The translations under genes and the position numbers were made by a program. This document shows positions 8,879 through 17,503 of a DNA stretch of 62,770 nt, in pieces (within the stretch, counting starts at the first letter, position 1; each line of letters begins with the position of its first letter). Source of the stretch: Minisyncoccota bacterium (GTDB taxonomy: Bacteria > Patescibacteriota > Microgenomatia > UBA1400 > PJMF01); contig PJMF01000003.1 of NCBI GenBank assembly GCA_003173865.1, positions 1-62,770 on the forward strand. Direction: 5' to 3'. The notes under the pieces were generated by a model. That model had not been told where the DNA came from. It did not search any database and saw only the letters and a list, made by a program, of their open reading frames with translations.

Positions 8879-9691
8879 TTAAGGTATTTCGATTACAGCG
8901 CTATTTTCTTTCTTAAGTCTCCTTTTCACTTTGGCAATATTATCCACTACTGGTAAATTTTCAGGCATTTCACCACCTAATTCTTTGATTGTTTGGCGAA
9001 CTTTCTTCCCTACCTCGAAGTGCACCTGATTTGCTTTTGCCTCACCTTGCACACTCTCACGACGCAAACGCGCTTCTGCTTGAGTCGCACGAAAAATATT
9101 TGCTCCTAATTCTTCGCCACCCATATGGTCTAGGATGTGTTGATGTTTTTTTAATTTTTTCTTTTCATGGATTTTTTGCATGTTTAATCCGCCATATAAA
9201 CCTTTGTATCCGTGATTTGTGAATATTGCAAAGTTATTGATACCTGCTTTGCTGGCAGTTTGTGCGAGGTGTTTGTTTCGTACTGTGATTTCGTTCCGCA
9301 AAGAAAGACGACTTGTATCTTCAATCTGTTGATTCTGTAGCTCTTGTCTTCTGGTTTGGAGTGCAAAATAGGTCTGGCCGATTGCCACAATTTCTTTAGC
9401 AGGATCGGCATTTTGCATGATTAAGTAGCAAGCATATCTAGTAAGCAAGATATCAGAGACTTGACGTGATGCAGAGCTACCTATTTCGACCATATTGTTG
9501 ATGTGCACGAAATGGTTTTTGATTGATTGACCAGAGTTTTTGCACGATTTTTGGGCTTTTTCGACAACAGAAATGAAATTTCGGTACTCTGCGTAATCAA
9601 GTGTTTTTGCTAAATCTCGAGCAGACCAGTATTCTGAGTTACTTTCATTAGTTTTTTTGATTTTTTCGAAAATAGTTAAAGAGGTAGTCAT
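8879..9691 (-). CDS. dinD: DNA-damage-inducible protein D (DinD family)
   Basis: 270 aa. EYWSARDLAKTLDYAEYRNFISVVEKAQKSCKNSG...VEIGSSASRQVSDILLTRYACYLIMQNADPAKEIVAIGQTYFALQTRRQE is collinear with E. coli DinD as I remember it. Confidence 0.85.
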   Translation of the reverse strand: MTTSLTIFEKIKKTNESNSEYWSARDLAKTLDYAEYRNFISVVEKAQKSCKNSGQSIKNHFVHINNMVEIGSSASRQVSDILLTRYACYLIMQNADPAKEIVAIGQTYFALQTRRQELQNQQIEDTSRLSLRNEITVRNKHLAQTASKAGINNFAIFTNHGYKGLYGGLNMQKIHEKKKLKKHQHILDHMGGEELGANIFRATQAEARLRRESVQGEAKANQVHFEVGKKVRQTIKELGGEMPENLPVVDNIAKVKRRLKKENSAVIEIP

Positions 9692-9743
9692 AAAGTACTC
9701 CTTTCAAGAGGAAATGAGGATGAGAAACTGAGTGGAAACAGAA

Positions 9744-10550
9744 CTATTTTATCATCTTCTTTGCAAAAAGTGTCGATCCACCAAACAGCCCAAGTGCAAT
9801 CACCACGATAATTCCCCCTGCAGCCAAGTTAAAGTAGTAAGAAGCAAAGAGTCCGGTGATCACTGAGAAAAGGCTGAGCAAGATCGCGGTCAGGATTGTT
9901 TTTTTGAAGCTCTGTCGAAACTGCATGGCGGTGACAACAGGAATTACCATGAGAGCTCCGATCAGGAGAGTTCCAACGACGCGCATAGCCAGACTTACTG
10001 TCAGGGCAGTCAGAATCATCAGGACGAGGTTCAGCGTTTTGGTTGGAATGCCACTGACTTGGGCCGCCTCTTCGTCAAAAGAAAGGTAAAGTAATTCTTT
10101 ATAAAATAGCCAAACAACGCTGAGAATAATGAGACCGAGCGTACCAATGATCCAGAGGTCAATTGTTTGCACAGTGGTAATACTGCCAAAAAGATACGAA
10201 AAAAGATCGACGCTGAAGCCTTTTCCCAGACCGATCAAGACAATGGCAATTGCCAAGCCGCCAGAAAGGAACATGGCTAAGGCAATTTCCCCTGAGACTT
10301 TGTACTTCGTGCGCAGTTGCTCGATTACAATTGATGTGAAGATAGACACGGCGATTGCTGTATAAACAGGATAAATTCCTAAAAGCAGACCAAGGGCGAC
10401 CCCCGCCAAAGAGACGTGCGCGAGACTATCTGCCATGAGCGAGTAGCGTTTGGCAACTAAGAAAGTGCCGATCAATGGTGCAATAACTCCAATCATCGAA
10501 CCGGCAATAAAGGCGCGGACCATAAAGCTGTATTGAAAAATGTCGAGCAT
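9744..10550 (-). CDS. metal (Zn/Mn-type) ABC transporter permease
   Basis: 268 aa with about 8 TM helices. ZnuB/MntB-family pattern (SLMADSLAHVSLAGVALG). It is the third gene of an SBP-ATPase-permease operon. Confidence 0.9.
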   Translation of the reverse strand: MLDIFQYSFMVRAFIAGSMIGVIAPLIGTFLVAKRYSLMADSLAHVSLAGVALGLLLGIYPVYTAIAVSIFTSIVIEQLRTKYKVSGEIALAMFLSGGLAIAIVLIGLGKGFSVDLFSYLFGSITTVQTIDLWIIGTLGLIILSVVWLFYKELLYLSFDEEAAQVSGIPTKTLNLVLMILTALTVSLAMRVVGTLLIGALMVIPVVTAMQFRQSFKKTILTAILLSLFSVITGLFASYYFNLAAGGIIVVIALGLFGGSTLFAKKMIK

Positions 10551-10569
10551 AAATATTGCCTCAGCTTAA

Positions 10570-11328
10570 TTAGTGATTGTGCAGAATAAACCTTCTCCCC
10601 TTCCCGTAGAGTTTTTCGATGTAATCTTCTTTAATGAATTCTTTAGGGGTGCCGTCGTAGATTAAAGTTTTATTGACGCATAACACCGTACTGACTTCGT
10701 TGACCACCACGTCAATATCATGAGAGACGATAATGATGGTAAGACCATGCTCTTTATTCAATTGTGCCAGAAGCTGGTAAAACTTCTCTTGCGACTCGAT
10801 GTCTACGCCAACGGTGGGTTCATCTAGAATGAGGACTTTTGGTCGAGTTGCGAGTGCCTTTGCAATAAAAACGCGTTGCTGTTGTCCTCCGGAGAGGTCA
10901 GTGATCAGTCGGCCGCGCTGTTGGGTGAGTTGGACGAGATCGAGCGCTTCAGTAATTGCTTGTCGATCGTCAAAGTTGAGCTGACGAAAAAGTCCACGCT
11001 GACTGACGCGTCCGAGAGCAACAACTTCTTCCACAGTAATCGGAAAACGTGTCTCGAGCTGAGTGACTTTTTGGGGAATATAGCCAATTTCTTGGGCGTT
11101 TTGACCGAGGTGAGATTTTTTGCCAAAAAGAAGGACACTCCCCTCTTGTGGTGTGAGTAAGCCGAGGATGAGTCTGAGTAAAGTGGTTTTGCCACTGCCA
11201 TTTGGGCCGATAATGCCGACAAACTCGCCTGCCGAAATCGTAAAGTTGATATCATCGAGAACGCGCGCCGAGTTATACTCGAATGAGACGTGTTCCATCT
11301 GGACGATTGGTGTGTGATTTAGTGGCAT
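10570..11328 (-). CDS. metal ABC transporter ATP-binding protein
   Basis: 252 aa with Walker A GPNGSGKTT, ABC signature LSGGQQQR and Walker B ILILDEP. It overlaps the upstream SBP gene by 10 nt. Confidence 0.9.
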   Translation of the reverse strand: MPLNHTPIVQMEHVSFEYNSARVLDDINFTISAGEFVGIIGPNGSGKTTLLRLILGLLTPQEGSVLLFGKKSHLGQNAQEIGYIPQKVTQLETRFPITVEEVVALGRVSQRGLFRQLNFDDRQAITEALDLVQLTQQRGRLITDLSGGQQQRVFIAKALATRPKVLILDEPTVGVDIESQEKFYQLLAQLNKEHGLTIIIVSHDIDVVVNEVSTVLCVNKTLIYDGTPKEFIKEDYIEKLYGKGRRFILHNH

Positions 11329-12197
11329 CCGAGTGCGATCTTCAAACTTTCTAAATTATGTTGTTGGACCGATAGGTAGTTTTTCCCTTGAGCAACTTCA
11401 TCTGAAGTGAGCCCTTCTAAAGGGTTAAAGACAATTGTCTGAGCACCGGTTTCTTTGGCAATGGTCTCTGCGAGTTTCGGACTCACGAGCGTCTCAAAGA
11501 AAATATATCTGACGTTATTTTTCTGAGTAAATTGTACTACTTCAGCCATTTTTTGCGCGGAAGGTTCAGAGTCTGGAGAAAGACCAGAAATAGCAAGAAC
11601 ATCGAGATGATAGCGCTGCGCTAGATATTGGAATGCATTGTGAGAGGTGACGATTTGGTGCCGATCGCATTTGGAGAGGCCTTTCTGGAATGATTGATCG
11701 AGGTCAGCGAGTTTTTGTTGGAATTTTTTGGCATTTGCTTCGTATGCGCTTGTGTGTGCCGGGTCCGCTTTGATCAAACCATTCTTAATGTTTTCAACTT
11801 CCTGGCTTGCGAGGATGGGGTCCATCCAGATGTGGGGATCTTGTTGATGAAGTGTAATGCCATCACTTGCCTTAACGATCACTTCTTTGTTTTGAATATC
11901 TGGGAGGACTTTATCTAGCCACATTTCTAAGCTGGCGCCGTTATAAATAAAAACGTGCGCTTTTTGAATTGCCACGAGATCCTGTGGAGTTGGTTCAAAA
12001 TCATGAGGTTCAGCTCCTGCGGGAGTCAGATTTTTCACTTCGACAAAATCTCCGCCAACTTGCTGAGCAAAGTCAGCCAAAGGATAGAAAGAAGCGACGA
12101 CAGAAAGTTTGGAAGATTTGGGCTGAGATTTTTTGGCGAAGAAAATTACTCCAATGAAACAAAGTATGATGAGGCCAGCGATGAGTGTTTTTTTCAT
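11319..12197 (-). CDS. metal ABC transporter substrate-binding protein (ZnuA/TroA-like)
   Basis: 292 aa with a signal/anchor, then the cluster-9 SBP pattern (VVASFYPLADFAQQVGG...AEPHDFEPTPQD...DPHIWMDP). Confidence 0.9.
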   Translation of the reverse strand: MKKTLIAGLIILCFIGVIFFAKKSQPKSSKLSVVASFYPLADFAQQVGGDFVEVKNLTPAGAEPHDFEPTPQDLVAIQKAHVFIYNGASLEMWLDKVLPDIQNKEVIVKASDGITLHQQDPHIWMDPILASQEVENIKNGLIKADPAHTSAYEANAKKFQQKLADLDQSFQKGLSKCDRHQIVTSHNAFQYLAQRYHLDVLAISGLSPDSEPSAQKMAEVVQFTQKNNVRYIFFETLVSPKLAETIAKETGAQTIVFNPLEGLTSDEVAQGKNYLSVQQHNLESLKIALGCH

Positions 12198-12293
12198 CTC
12201 TCTTTATTATCACCTAAAATTATTTAAATGCAACTGAGTTGCTAGTTTTTTGGTCTGGCGTTCTGTGACACAGATCTTTTGGTCAACATCCCA

Positions 12294-12459
12294 AAGTTGG
12301 TGAAAAGTTGCAGAAAAGTCGTTTTAATTGGAGTCTTTTAGATGACTTTTTTACTAGTTAGCAAAAAATCGCCAAAAAGTCTCAAAAAAATGGTGAGTTT
12401 TTTCTACTTTTGGAAAACTTTGAAATATAGGCAAAAAGATGTGTCGAAGTCTCCAGGCG
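12294..12459 (+). repeat. intergenic repeat family, copy A (about 166 bp)
   Basis: Hand alignment to 20349-20515 and 45933-46098. Shared blocks are AAGTTG...GTTGC, the core CTTTTAGAYGACTTTT.GATAAGTA.GCA.AAAG.CTC, TTCTACTTTT, and the terminal CTCCAGGCG (shared with copy B). Confidence 0.7.
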
Positions 12460-12474
12460 TGATAAAATGCAAAC

Positions 12475-12834
12475 ATGCAACGCAAAACTCCCCTTCGCAC
12501 AGCCATGCGTGAATTATTTGAAAAGCATCATTTGCTCTCGGCGCCGCAGATTCTGGAAATGCTTCGCGAGAAAGGCCTCGAAGTCAATAAAACGAGTGTG
12601 TATCGCAACTTGACCGCATTTTTAGATGAAGACTTTATTTGTCAGCAATCTCTGGGAACGGATGAGTTTTTTTACGAACTCCAGCAAGATCATCATGATC
12701 ATGCGCAGTGTACGCGGTGCGGAAAAGTGGAAGAAGTACATTGCGTGACGCCGGAGCTTAAGGATTCAGGTTTTCAAGTCAGACATCACCATTTGACGTT
12801 TTACGGTCTTTGCACAACTTGTCAAACCAAGTAG
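12475..12834 (+). CDS. Fur-family metalloregulator (Zur/Fur-like)
   Basis: 119 aa with a winged-helix N-terminus (APQILEMLREKGLEVNKTSVYRNLTAF). It has HHDH and two CxxC pairs (CTRCG, CTTC). It is divergent from the metal ABC operon. Confidence 0.85.
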   Translation: MQRKTPLRTAMRELFEKHHLLSAPQILEMLREKGLEVNKTSVYRNLTAFLDEDFICQQSLGTDEFFYELQQDHHDHAQCTRCGKVEEVHCVTPELKDSGFQVRHHHLTFYGLCTTCQTK

Positions 12835-12843
12835 GATAGAGTT

Positions 12844-13221
12844 ATGCAACTCTATCGTACTTTTCTTAAAATCATTCACTCGTTTCGTTACGCGATTTTG
12901 GGTGCGATGCATGCGACGAGTGAGCGAAATATGCGGATTCATTTGTTGGCGAGTGTGATTGTGCTGATTGTTGGTGTGGTGTTACAGATTACCGCATATG
13001 AATGGATTGCTGTGGTTTTGTGTATGGCGCTGGTCATCAGTTTAGAAATTTTAAATACAGCAATTGAGCGCATTTGTGATGCCCTGGTAAAATCTGGCGC
13101 TCTCCCCTACGAGCAAGCGGGTTTACCCAAAGATCTGAGTGCAGGTGCGGTGCTGGTTGCGGCGATGGGCAGTGCTGCAGTTGGGGTAATAATTGTGTTG
13201 AATTATTTGAGAACTTTTTAA
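12844..13221 (+). CDS. dgkA: diacylglycerol/undecaprenol kinase (DgkA family)
   Basis: 125 aa with 3 TM helices and the motif ERNMRIH...SLEILNTAIERICD, typical of DgkA. Confidence 0.85.
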   Translation: MQLYRTFLKIIHSFRYAILGAMHATSERNMRIHLLASVIVLIVGVVLQITAYEWIAVVLCMALVISLEILNTAIERICDALVKSGALPYEQAGLPKDLSAGAVLVAAMGSAAVGVIIVLNYLRTF

Positions 13222-13872
13222 ATGATCTATTATCGCCTCCTTCGTCGGCATCCGTTTTTATCAATGGTGAGTATCCTATCTGTGCTTTTTTTGGTGTTGG
13301 CATTGTTGATCTGCGCTTCGCCTCGATTATGGATTGATATTCACTTGGGCCAAGAGTTCCAAGAAAAACGGTGGTATTTACAAGTATTGCCGATATCTCA
13401 ATTGATGAATGCTGCGAGCTGGATTGGTGATCCATGGCAAGCGATTGTGATCACGATTACGACGGCAAGTGTTTTTACAGTGTGTAAACGCCGCAAAGAA
13501 GCGCTGCTACTCGTTTCAGTATTTGGCGCGGATGTTCTTACAATGCTGATCAAGATACTGATTCATCGGCCGCGGCCTACGAGCGATTTACTTACTGTCG
13601 CCGAACAGCTCAATGATCCGAGTTTCCCAAGTGCACACGTCGTCCATACGGTTATTTTTTTTGGATTGCTACTATTTTTTAGTTTTTTCTTAAAAAATGT
13701 AAAAGAGTGGCAGCGGTTGCTACTGGGTGGCGTCTGCGTTGCAGCGCTGGTATTGATTCCATTATCGCGACTCTACCTTGGTGTGCACTGGTCCACAGAT
13801 GTGCTGGGGGGGTTCTTATTGGGAGCGGCGATATTAATTTTGATGATTAAGAGCTATCTATATAAGAGTTAA
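13222..13872 (+). CDS. PAP2-family phosphatase
   Basis: 216 aa, polytopic. It has the PAP2 motifs KILIHRPRP, PSFPSAH and LGVHWSTDVLGG. Its ATG directly abuts the dgkA stop (TAAATG). Confidence 0.85.
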   Translation: MIYYRLLRRHPFLSMVSILSVLFLVLALLICASPRLWIDIHLGQEFQEKRWYLQVLPISQLMNAASWIGDPWQAIVITITTASVFTVCKRRKEALLLVSVFGADVLTMLIKILIHRPRPTSDLLTVAEQLNDPSFPSAHVVHTVIFFGLLLFFSFFLKNVKEWQRLLLGGVCVAALVLIPLSRLYLGVHWSTDVLGGFLLGAAILILMIKSYLYKS

Positions 13873-14315
13873 CGTAGAGTCTTAATTTTTTTTGGTAAAG
13901 TTATTTTGATTCCGATACTCGGAAAACTGATAACCTTGTTTTCTCGCAATAGCTGCTTCATGGTGATGACTCCATTGACTGCTTGTACAGTATCAGCAAG
14001 TAAATGTGCTCTATCAACTTGCCTTTGGTGTGGGCCCGCTGACAAATAAGCGGTATCTCCGCAACCATCTAGATCAGCTGGTAAAATTTGGGGTGCCTCC
14101 CAGTTTATTGCTCGAAGAGTGCATCCCATTAATATGTGAACAACTGTTCCTTCGAAAGTTTCTTCGAGAACGACTGCGTCAACTACTCTCTTACTCTGAC
14201 AGTAAGCTATAGCATAGAGCAAGACTCTGTGAATCGCTTCTTCATCAGGAGAATAGAAGGTCTCTACATATTCCGCGGGATAGTTTCGGGGGTCCCAACC
14301 TTTTTCGGGTGACAT
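13869..14315 (-). CDS. hypothetical protein (orphan, no recognised domain)
   Basis: 148-aa ORF between gyrA and the PAP2 gene. Its stop overlaps the convergent PAP2 stop by 4 nt. Its composition looks like coding sequence. Confidence 0.5.
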   Translation of the reverse strand: MSPEKGWDPRNYPAEYVETFYSPDEEAIHRVLLYAIAYCQSKRVVDAVVLEETFEGTVVHILMGCTLRAINWEAPQILPADLDGCGDTAYLSAGPHQRQVDRAHLLADTVQAVNGVITMKQLLRENKVISFPSIGIKITLPKKIKTLR

Positions 14316-14337
14316 AAAAATATGAGCGACTTAGTGT

Positions 14338-17061
14338 CTACTCTTTCTCCGTTAAGTCAGCTGCAGTTTCAGCTACTGCTTCCCCACTTCCCTCTTGTGT
14401 TAGCGCGACTGCGACGACTTTATCGCCACTCTTTGGTCTCATTAAAATGACGCCTTGTGTAGGCCGACTCAATACAGGAATACTGTGCGCGTCGATTGGC
14501 ATCTTGATCATTTGGCCATTCTGGGTGGTGATCACCATATCTTCATGATCGTGAGTGACCATCATTGCCGCAACGACGTTTCCGGTTTTGGTGGTGATTT
14601 CTGCGACTTTGACGCCTTGGCCAGCGCGTTTTTGGAGTGGATATTGATCGAGTTCAGTGCGTTTACCGATTCCTTTTTCAGTCACAAGGAGTAATTGACG
14701 GAAGTATTTTTTTCGCCCATCAGCTGGTTTCTCTGCAGCTGGGTCAAAAGCTTCTACGCCGATGACGTAGTCGGTTTCGCGCAGCTCAATGCCCTTAACG
14801 CCTTGCGTGTCACGGTTTGAATTTTTGACTTCTTTTTCGCTGAAACGAATTGATTTCCCGTGATGAGTAATGAGCATAATGTGATCACTGCCGCTAGTGA
14901 CCTTGCCCCAGACGAGTTCGTCGTTGTCTTTCAACATGATAGCGATGATGCCATTTTGGCGAATGTTTTCGTAGAGCTTCACGGCGGTTTTCTTGACCAG
15001 ACCTTCGCGGGTAGCGAGGGTAATAAATTTGTCTTTATCTTCAGTCTCATTGAGCGTGAGAATGGACTGGACCGTTTCGTCACCGTGTAGATTAATTAAG
15101 TTCACAACAGCAGTACCTTTTGCTTGGCGACTACTCTCGGCAATTTCGTACACTTTGAGTTTAAAGACGCGGCCTTTATTGGTAAACATGAGTAAGCTGT
15201 CATGCGCATTGGCGGTTAAAATATTTTTGACGACATCCTCCTCTTTCGTAGTAATCCCAATTGAACCTTTACCGCCGCGTTGCTGTGAGCGTAGGGCACT
15301 TGGATTGTATCGCTTGATGTATCCGGTTTGTGTCAGGGTGATGACGGTTGGTTCGTTGGCGATGAGGTCTTCTTCACTGAACTCGCCGACTTTGCCTTTA
15401 ACGAGTTTGGTTTTACGAGTGTCGCCATAGAGTTCCATCATTTCTTTCGTTTCTTGACCAACAACTTTAATAATTGCGGCGGGTGTCGAAAGTAAAGTGA
15501 GCAGTTGATCGATCGTCAATTTAATCGCTTTGTACTCGTCTTCGATTTTTTGACGTTCAAGTGCGGCGAGACGTTTGAGTTGCATTTCCAAGATCGCCGT
15601 CGCTTGAATTTCAGAAAGACCAAATTTTTTCATCAATTGTGTGCGAGCGACATCCGTATCTGCGGATTTACGGATGGTGTCGATGACATCATCGAGATTA
15701 TTGAGTGCGATGAGCAAACCTTCTAAGATGTGAGCGCGGTTGCGTGCTTCGTTGAGCTCGAACTGGGTGCGACGAACGATGACGAGCTGGCGATGCGCGA
15801 TGTACTCTAGCAAAATCTGCTTAATGTTCATGAGCAACGGAGTACCTTCACTCGTCAGTGCCACAATGTTCATGGGGAAACTCGTCTGCAGTTCTGAATA
15901 CTTGAAAAGTTTGTTGAGGACCACTTTTGGTCGAGCGTCACGTTTGAGCTCAATTGTGATCTGCATACCCTGACGGTCTGAGTCGTCATTGAGATCTTTG
16001 ATGCCTTCGATCTTTTTGTTGCGCACGAGGTCAGCAATTTTCATGATTAAGCGGGCTTTGTTGACTTGATATGGCAGTTCGGTGACGTGAATTTGGAAAT
16101 TTCCTTTTTTGTCTTCTTCGATGCTGGTCTTGGCACGGATAACGATTTTGCCTTTGCCGGTATGATACGCTTCTTTGATTTCTTTGAAGTCGTAAATGAT
16201 GCCACCTGTTGGAAAATCTGGACCATTGATGTAGTTCATGATCTCGTCAATCGTGACATCACTTGCAAAATGACCAGCAAGTGCCTCGGGTTGTAGTGCG
16301 AGCACGCCATCGATAGCATCGGTCAATGATTTTTCTTTTTTACCGACATTTTCTTTGACTTGAATGCTGACTTCCTCACTGCGAGTTGCGGAACCTTTTT
16401 CGAGAATGGCCAAAATTGCTTGAGAAACTTCGGTTAAGTTATGCGGTGGAATTTTGGTAGCCATTCCGACCGCAATACCTTCTGATCCCATCAGCAATAG
16501 ATTTGGAAGGCGTGTTGGAAGCACAGTTGGTTCTTGCAAAGATCCATCAAAATTGCCGACGAACTCGACGGTTTTTTTATCAATGTCAGCGAGCAGCTCT
16601 TTAGTAATTTTTGCCAGGCGAGCTTCGGTATAACGCATGGCCGCTGGACTATCGCCGTCAACTGAACCAAAGTTACCTTGACCATCAATCAGCATGTAGC
16701 GCATGTTGAAGTCTTGAGCGAGACGGACGAGCGCTGAGTAAACAGAGCTGTCTCCGTGCGGGTGATACTTACCAAGCACGTCTCCAACAATGCGAGCGCA
16801 TTTTTTATATGAGCTGGTGTAGTGAATGCCGGTCTTGTACATCGAGTACAGAATGCGGCGATGCACTGGCTTGAGGCCATCGCGGACGTCTGGTAGCGCA
16901 CGCGAAACAATCACACTCATGGCGTAGTCAAGATAAGACTTTTCCATTTCGTTCACGATGGAAATGTGTTTGATTTTGCCGAAAGGTCCTTCGGTTATTG
17001 AGTCAATCACAGGACCTGATTCGGTTTCTTCGGAGACTGGTGTGATGTTTTCGTCGGTCAT
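14338..17061 (-). CDS. gyrA: DNA gyrase subunit A
   Basis: 907 aa with [15 protein letters not shown], the active-site [10 protein letters not shown] and a C-terminal beta-pinwheel repeat region. Confidence 0.97.
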   Translation of the reverse strand: MTDENITPVSEETESGPVIDSITEGPFGKIKHISIVNEMEKSYLDYAMSVIVSRALPDVRDGLKPVHRRILYSMYKTGIHYTSSYKKCARIVGDVLGKYHPHGDSSVYSALVRLAQDFNMRYMLIDGQGNFGSVDGDSPAAMRYTEARLAKITKELLADIDKKTVEFVGNFDGSLQEPTVLPTRLPNLLLMGSEGIAVGMATKIPPHNLTEVSQAILAILEKGSATRSEEVSIQVKENVGKKEKSLTDAIDGVLALQPEALAGHFASDVTIDEIMNYINGPDFPTGGIIYDFKEIKEAYHTGKGKIVIRAKTSIEEDKKGNFQIHVTELPYQVNKARLIMKIADLVRNKKIEGIKDLNDDSDRQGMQITIELKRDARPKVVLNKLFKYSELQTSFPMNIVALTSEGTPLLMNIKQILLEYIAHRQLVIVRRTQFELNEARNRAHILEGLLIALNNLDDVIDTIRKSADTDVARTQLMKKFGLSEIQATAILEMQLKRLAALERQKIEDEYKAIKLTIDQLLTLLSTPAAIIKVVGQETKEMMELYGDTRKTKLVKGKVGEFSEEDLIANEPTVITLTQTGYIKRYNPSALRSQQRGGKGSIGITTKEEDVVKNILTANAHDSLLMFTNKGRVFKLKVYEIAESSRQAKGTAVVNLINLHGDETVQSILTLNETEDKDKFITLATREGLVKKTAVKLYENIRQNGIIAIMLKDNDELVWGKVTSGSDHIMLITHHGKSIRFSEKEVKNSNRDTQGVKGIELRETDYVIGVEAFDPAAEKPADGRKKYFRQLLLVTEKGIGKRTELDQYPLQKRAGQGVKVAEITTKTGNVVAAMMVTHDHEDMVITTQNGQMIKMPIDAHSIPVLSRPTQGVILMRPKSGDKVVAVALTQEGSGEAVAETAADLTEKE

Positions 17062-17068
17062 ATGTTCT

Positions 17069-17097
17069 AGTTACAAAGTTAGCATAGTTACAAAGTT
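17069..17097. repeat. tandem 12-bp direct repeat AGTTACAAAGTT x2 (5-nt spacer) just upstream of the gyrA start
   Basis: Exact copies at 17069-17080 and 17086-17097, lying 8-36 nt upstream of the gyrA ATG (17061, minus strand). Confidence 0.6.
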
Positions 17098-17106
17098 GGC
17101 AGAGCT

Positions 17107-17478
17107 TTAAAGAGTTTTTTTAATTGCTTTCATGAAGCTTATCAACATGTATGTAACTTCCTTTCTTTGTGTTTCAATTTTTTGATAGGTATCCTTATTT
17201 AAAAATCCTAGCTCAAGACTCATTTCTAGCGCAATTTCTATTTCGGTTAAAGAGCCATCTGCTATTTCAAGAAAACGATAAAATTCTTTATTTGAATTTC
17301 TTCTATTTCCTTCAGCTATGTTTAGTATTACTGATATACTGGCTCTCTTAAGTTGAGATACTAAATTGAATAATTCGCTTTTCGGAAATCCTTCTGTTTC
17401 CTCATAAATTAGTTTAATTAATTTTTTCGTGGGCTCAATAATTTTTAACTTATGATAGCCCCCTCTACTCTGTAGCAT
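17107..17478 (-). CDS. four-helix-bundle protein (23S rRNA intervening-sequence protein / Avd-like family)
   Basis: I trimmed the track ORF 17107..17796 to the ATG at 17478, because the upstream part overlaps ppa. The sequence FPKSELFNLVSQLKRASISVILNIAEGNRRNSNKEFYRFLEIADGSLTEIEIALEMS is the signature of this family. Confidence 0.8.
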   Translation of the reverse strand: MLQSRGGYHKLKIIEPTKKLIKLIYEETEGFPKSELFNLVSQLKRASISVILNIAEGNRRNSNKEFYRFLEIADGSLTEIEIALEMSLELGFLNKDTYQKIETQRKEVTYMLISFMKAIKKTL

Positions 17479-17503
17479 TGTTACTCTGCTAACTTTGCAA
17501 ACT

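Noticed and set aside
14455-16296. Multiple 70-145-aa plus-strand ORFs inside gyrA (for example 14993-15430), and similar ones inside gyrB, recG, thrS, pheST and ahcY
   Set aside because: They are antisense to long, strongly conserved genes. Their translations are low-complexity or Arg/Ser/Leu-rich, as expected for shadow ORFs. I see no RBS or motifs.
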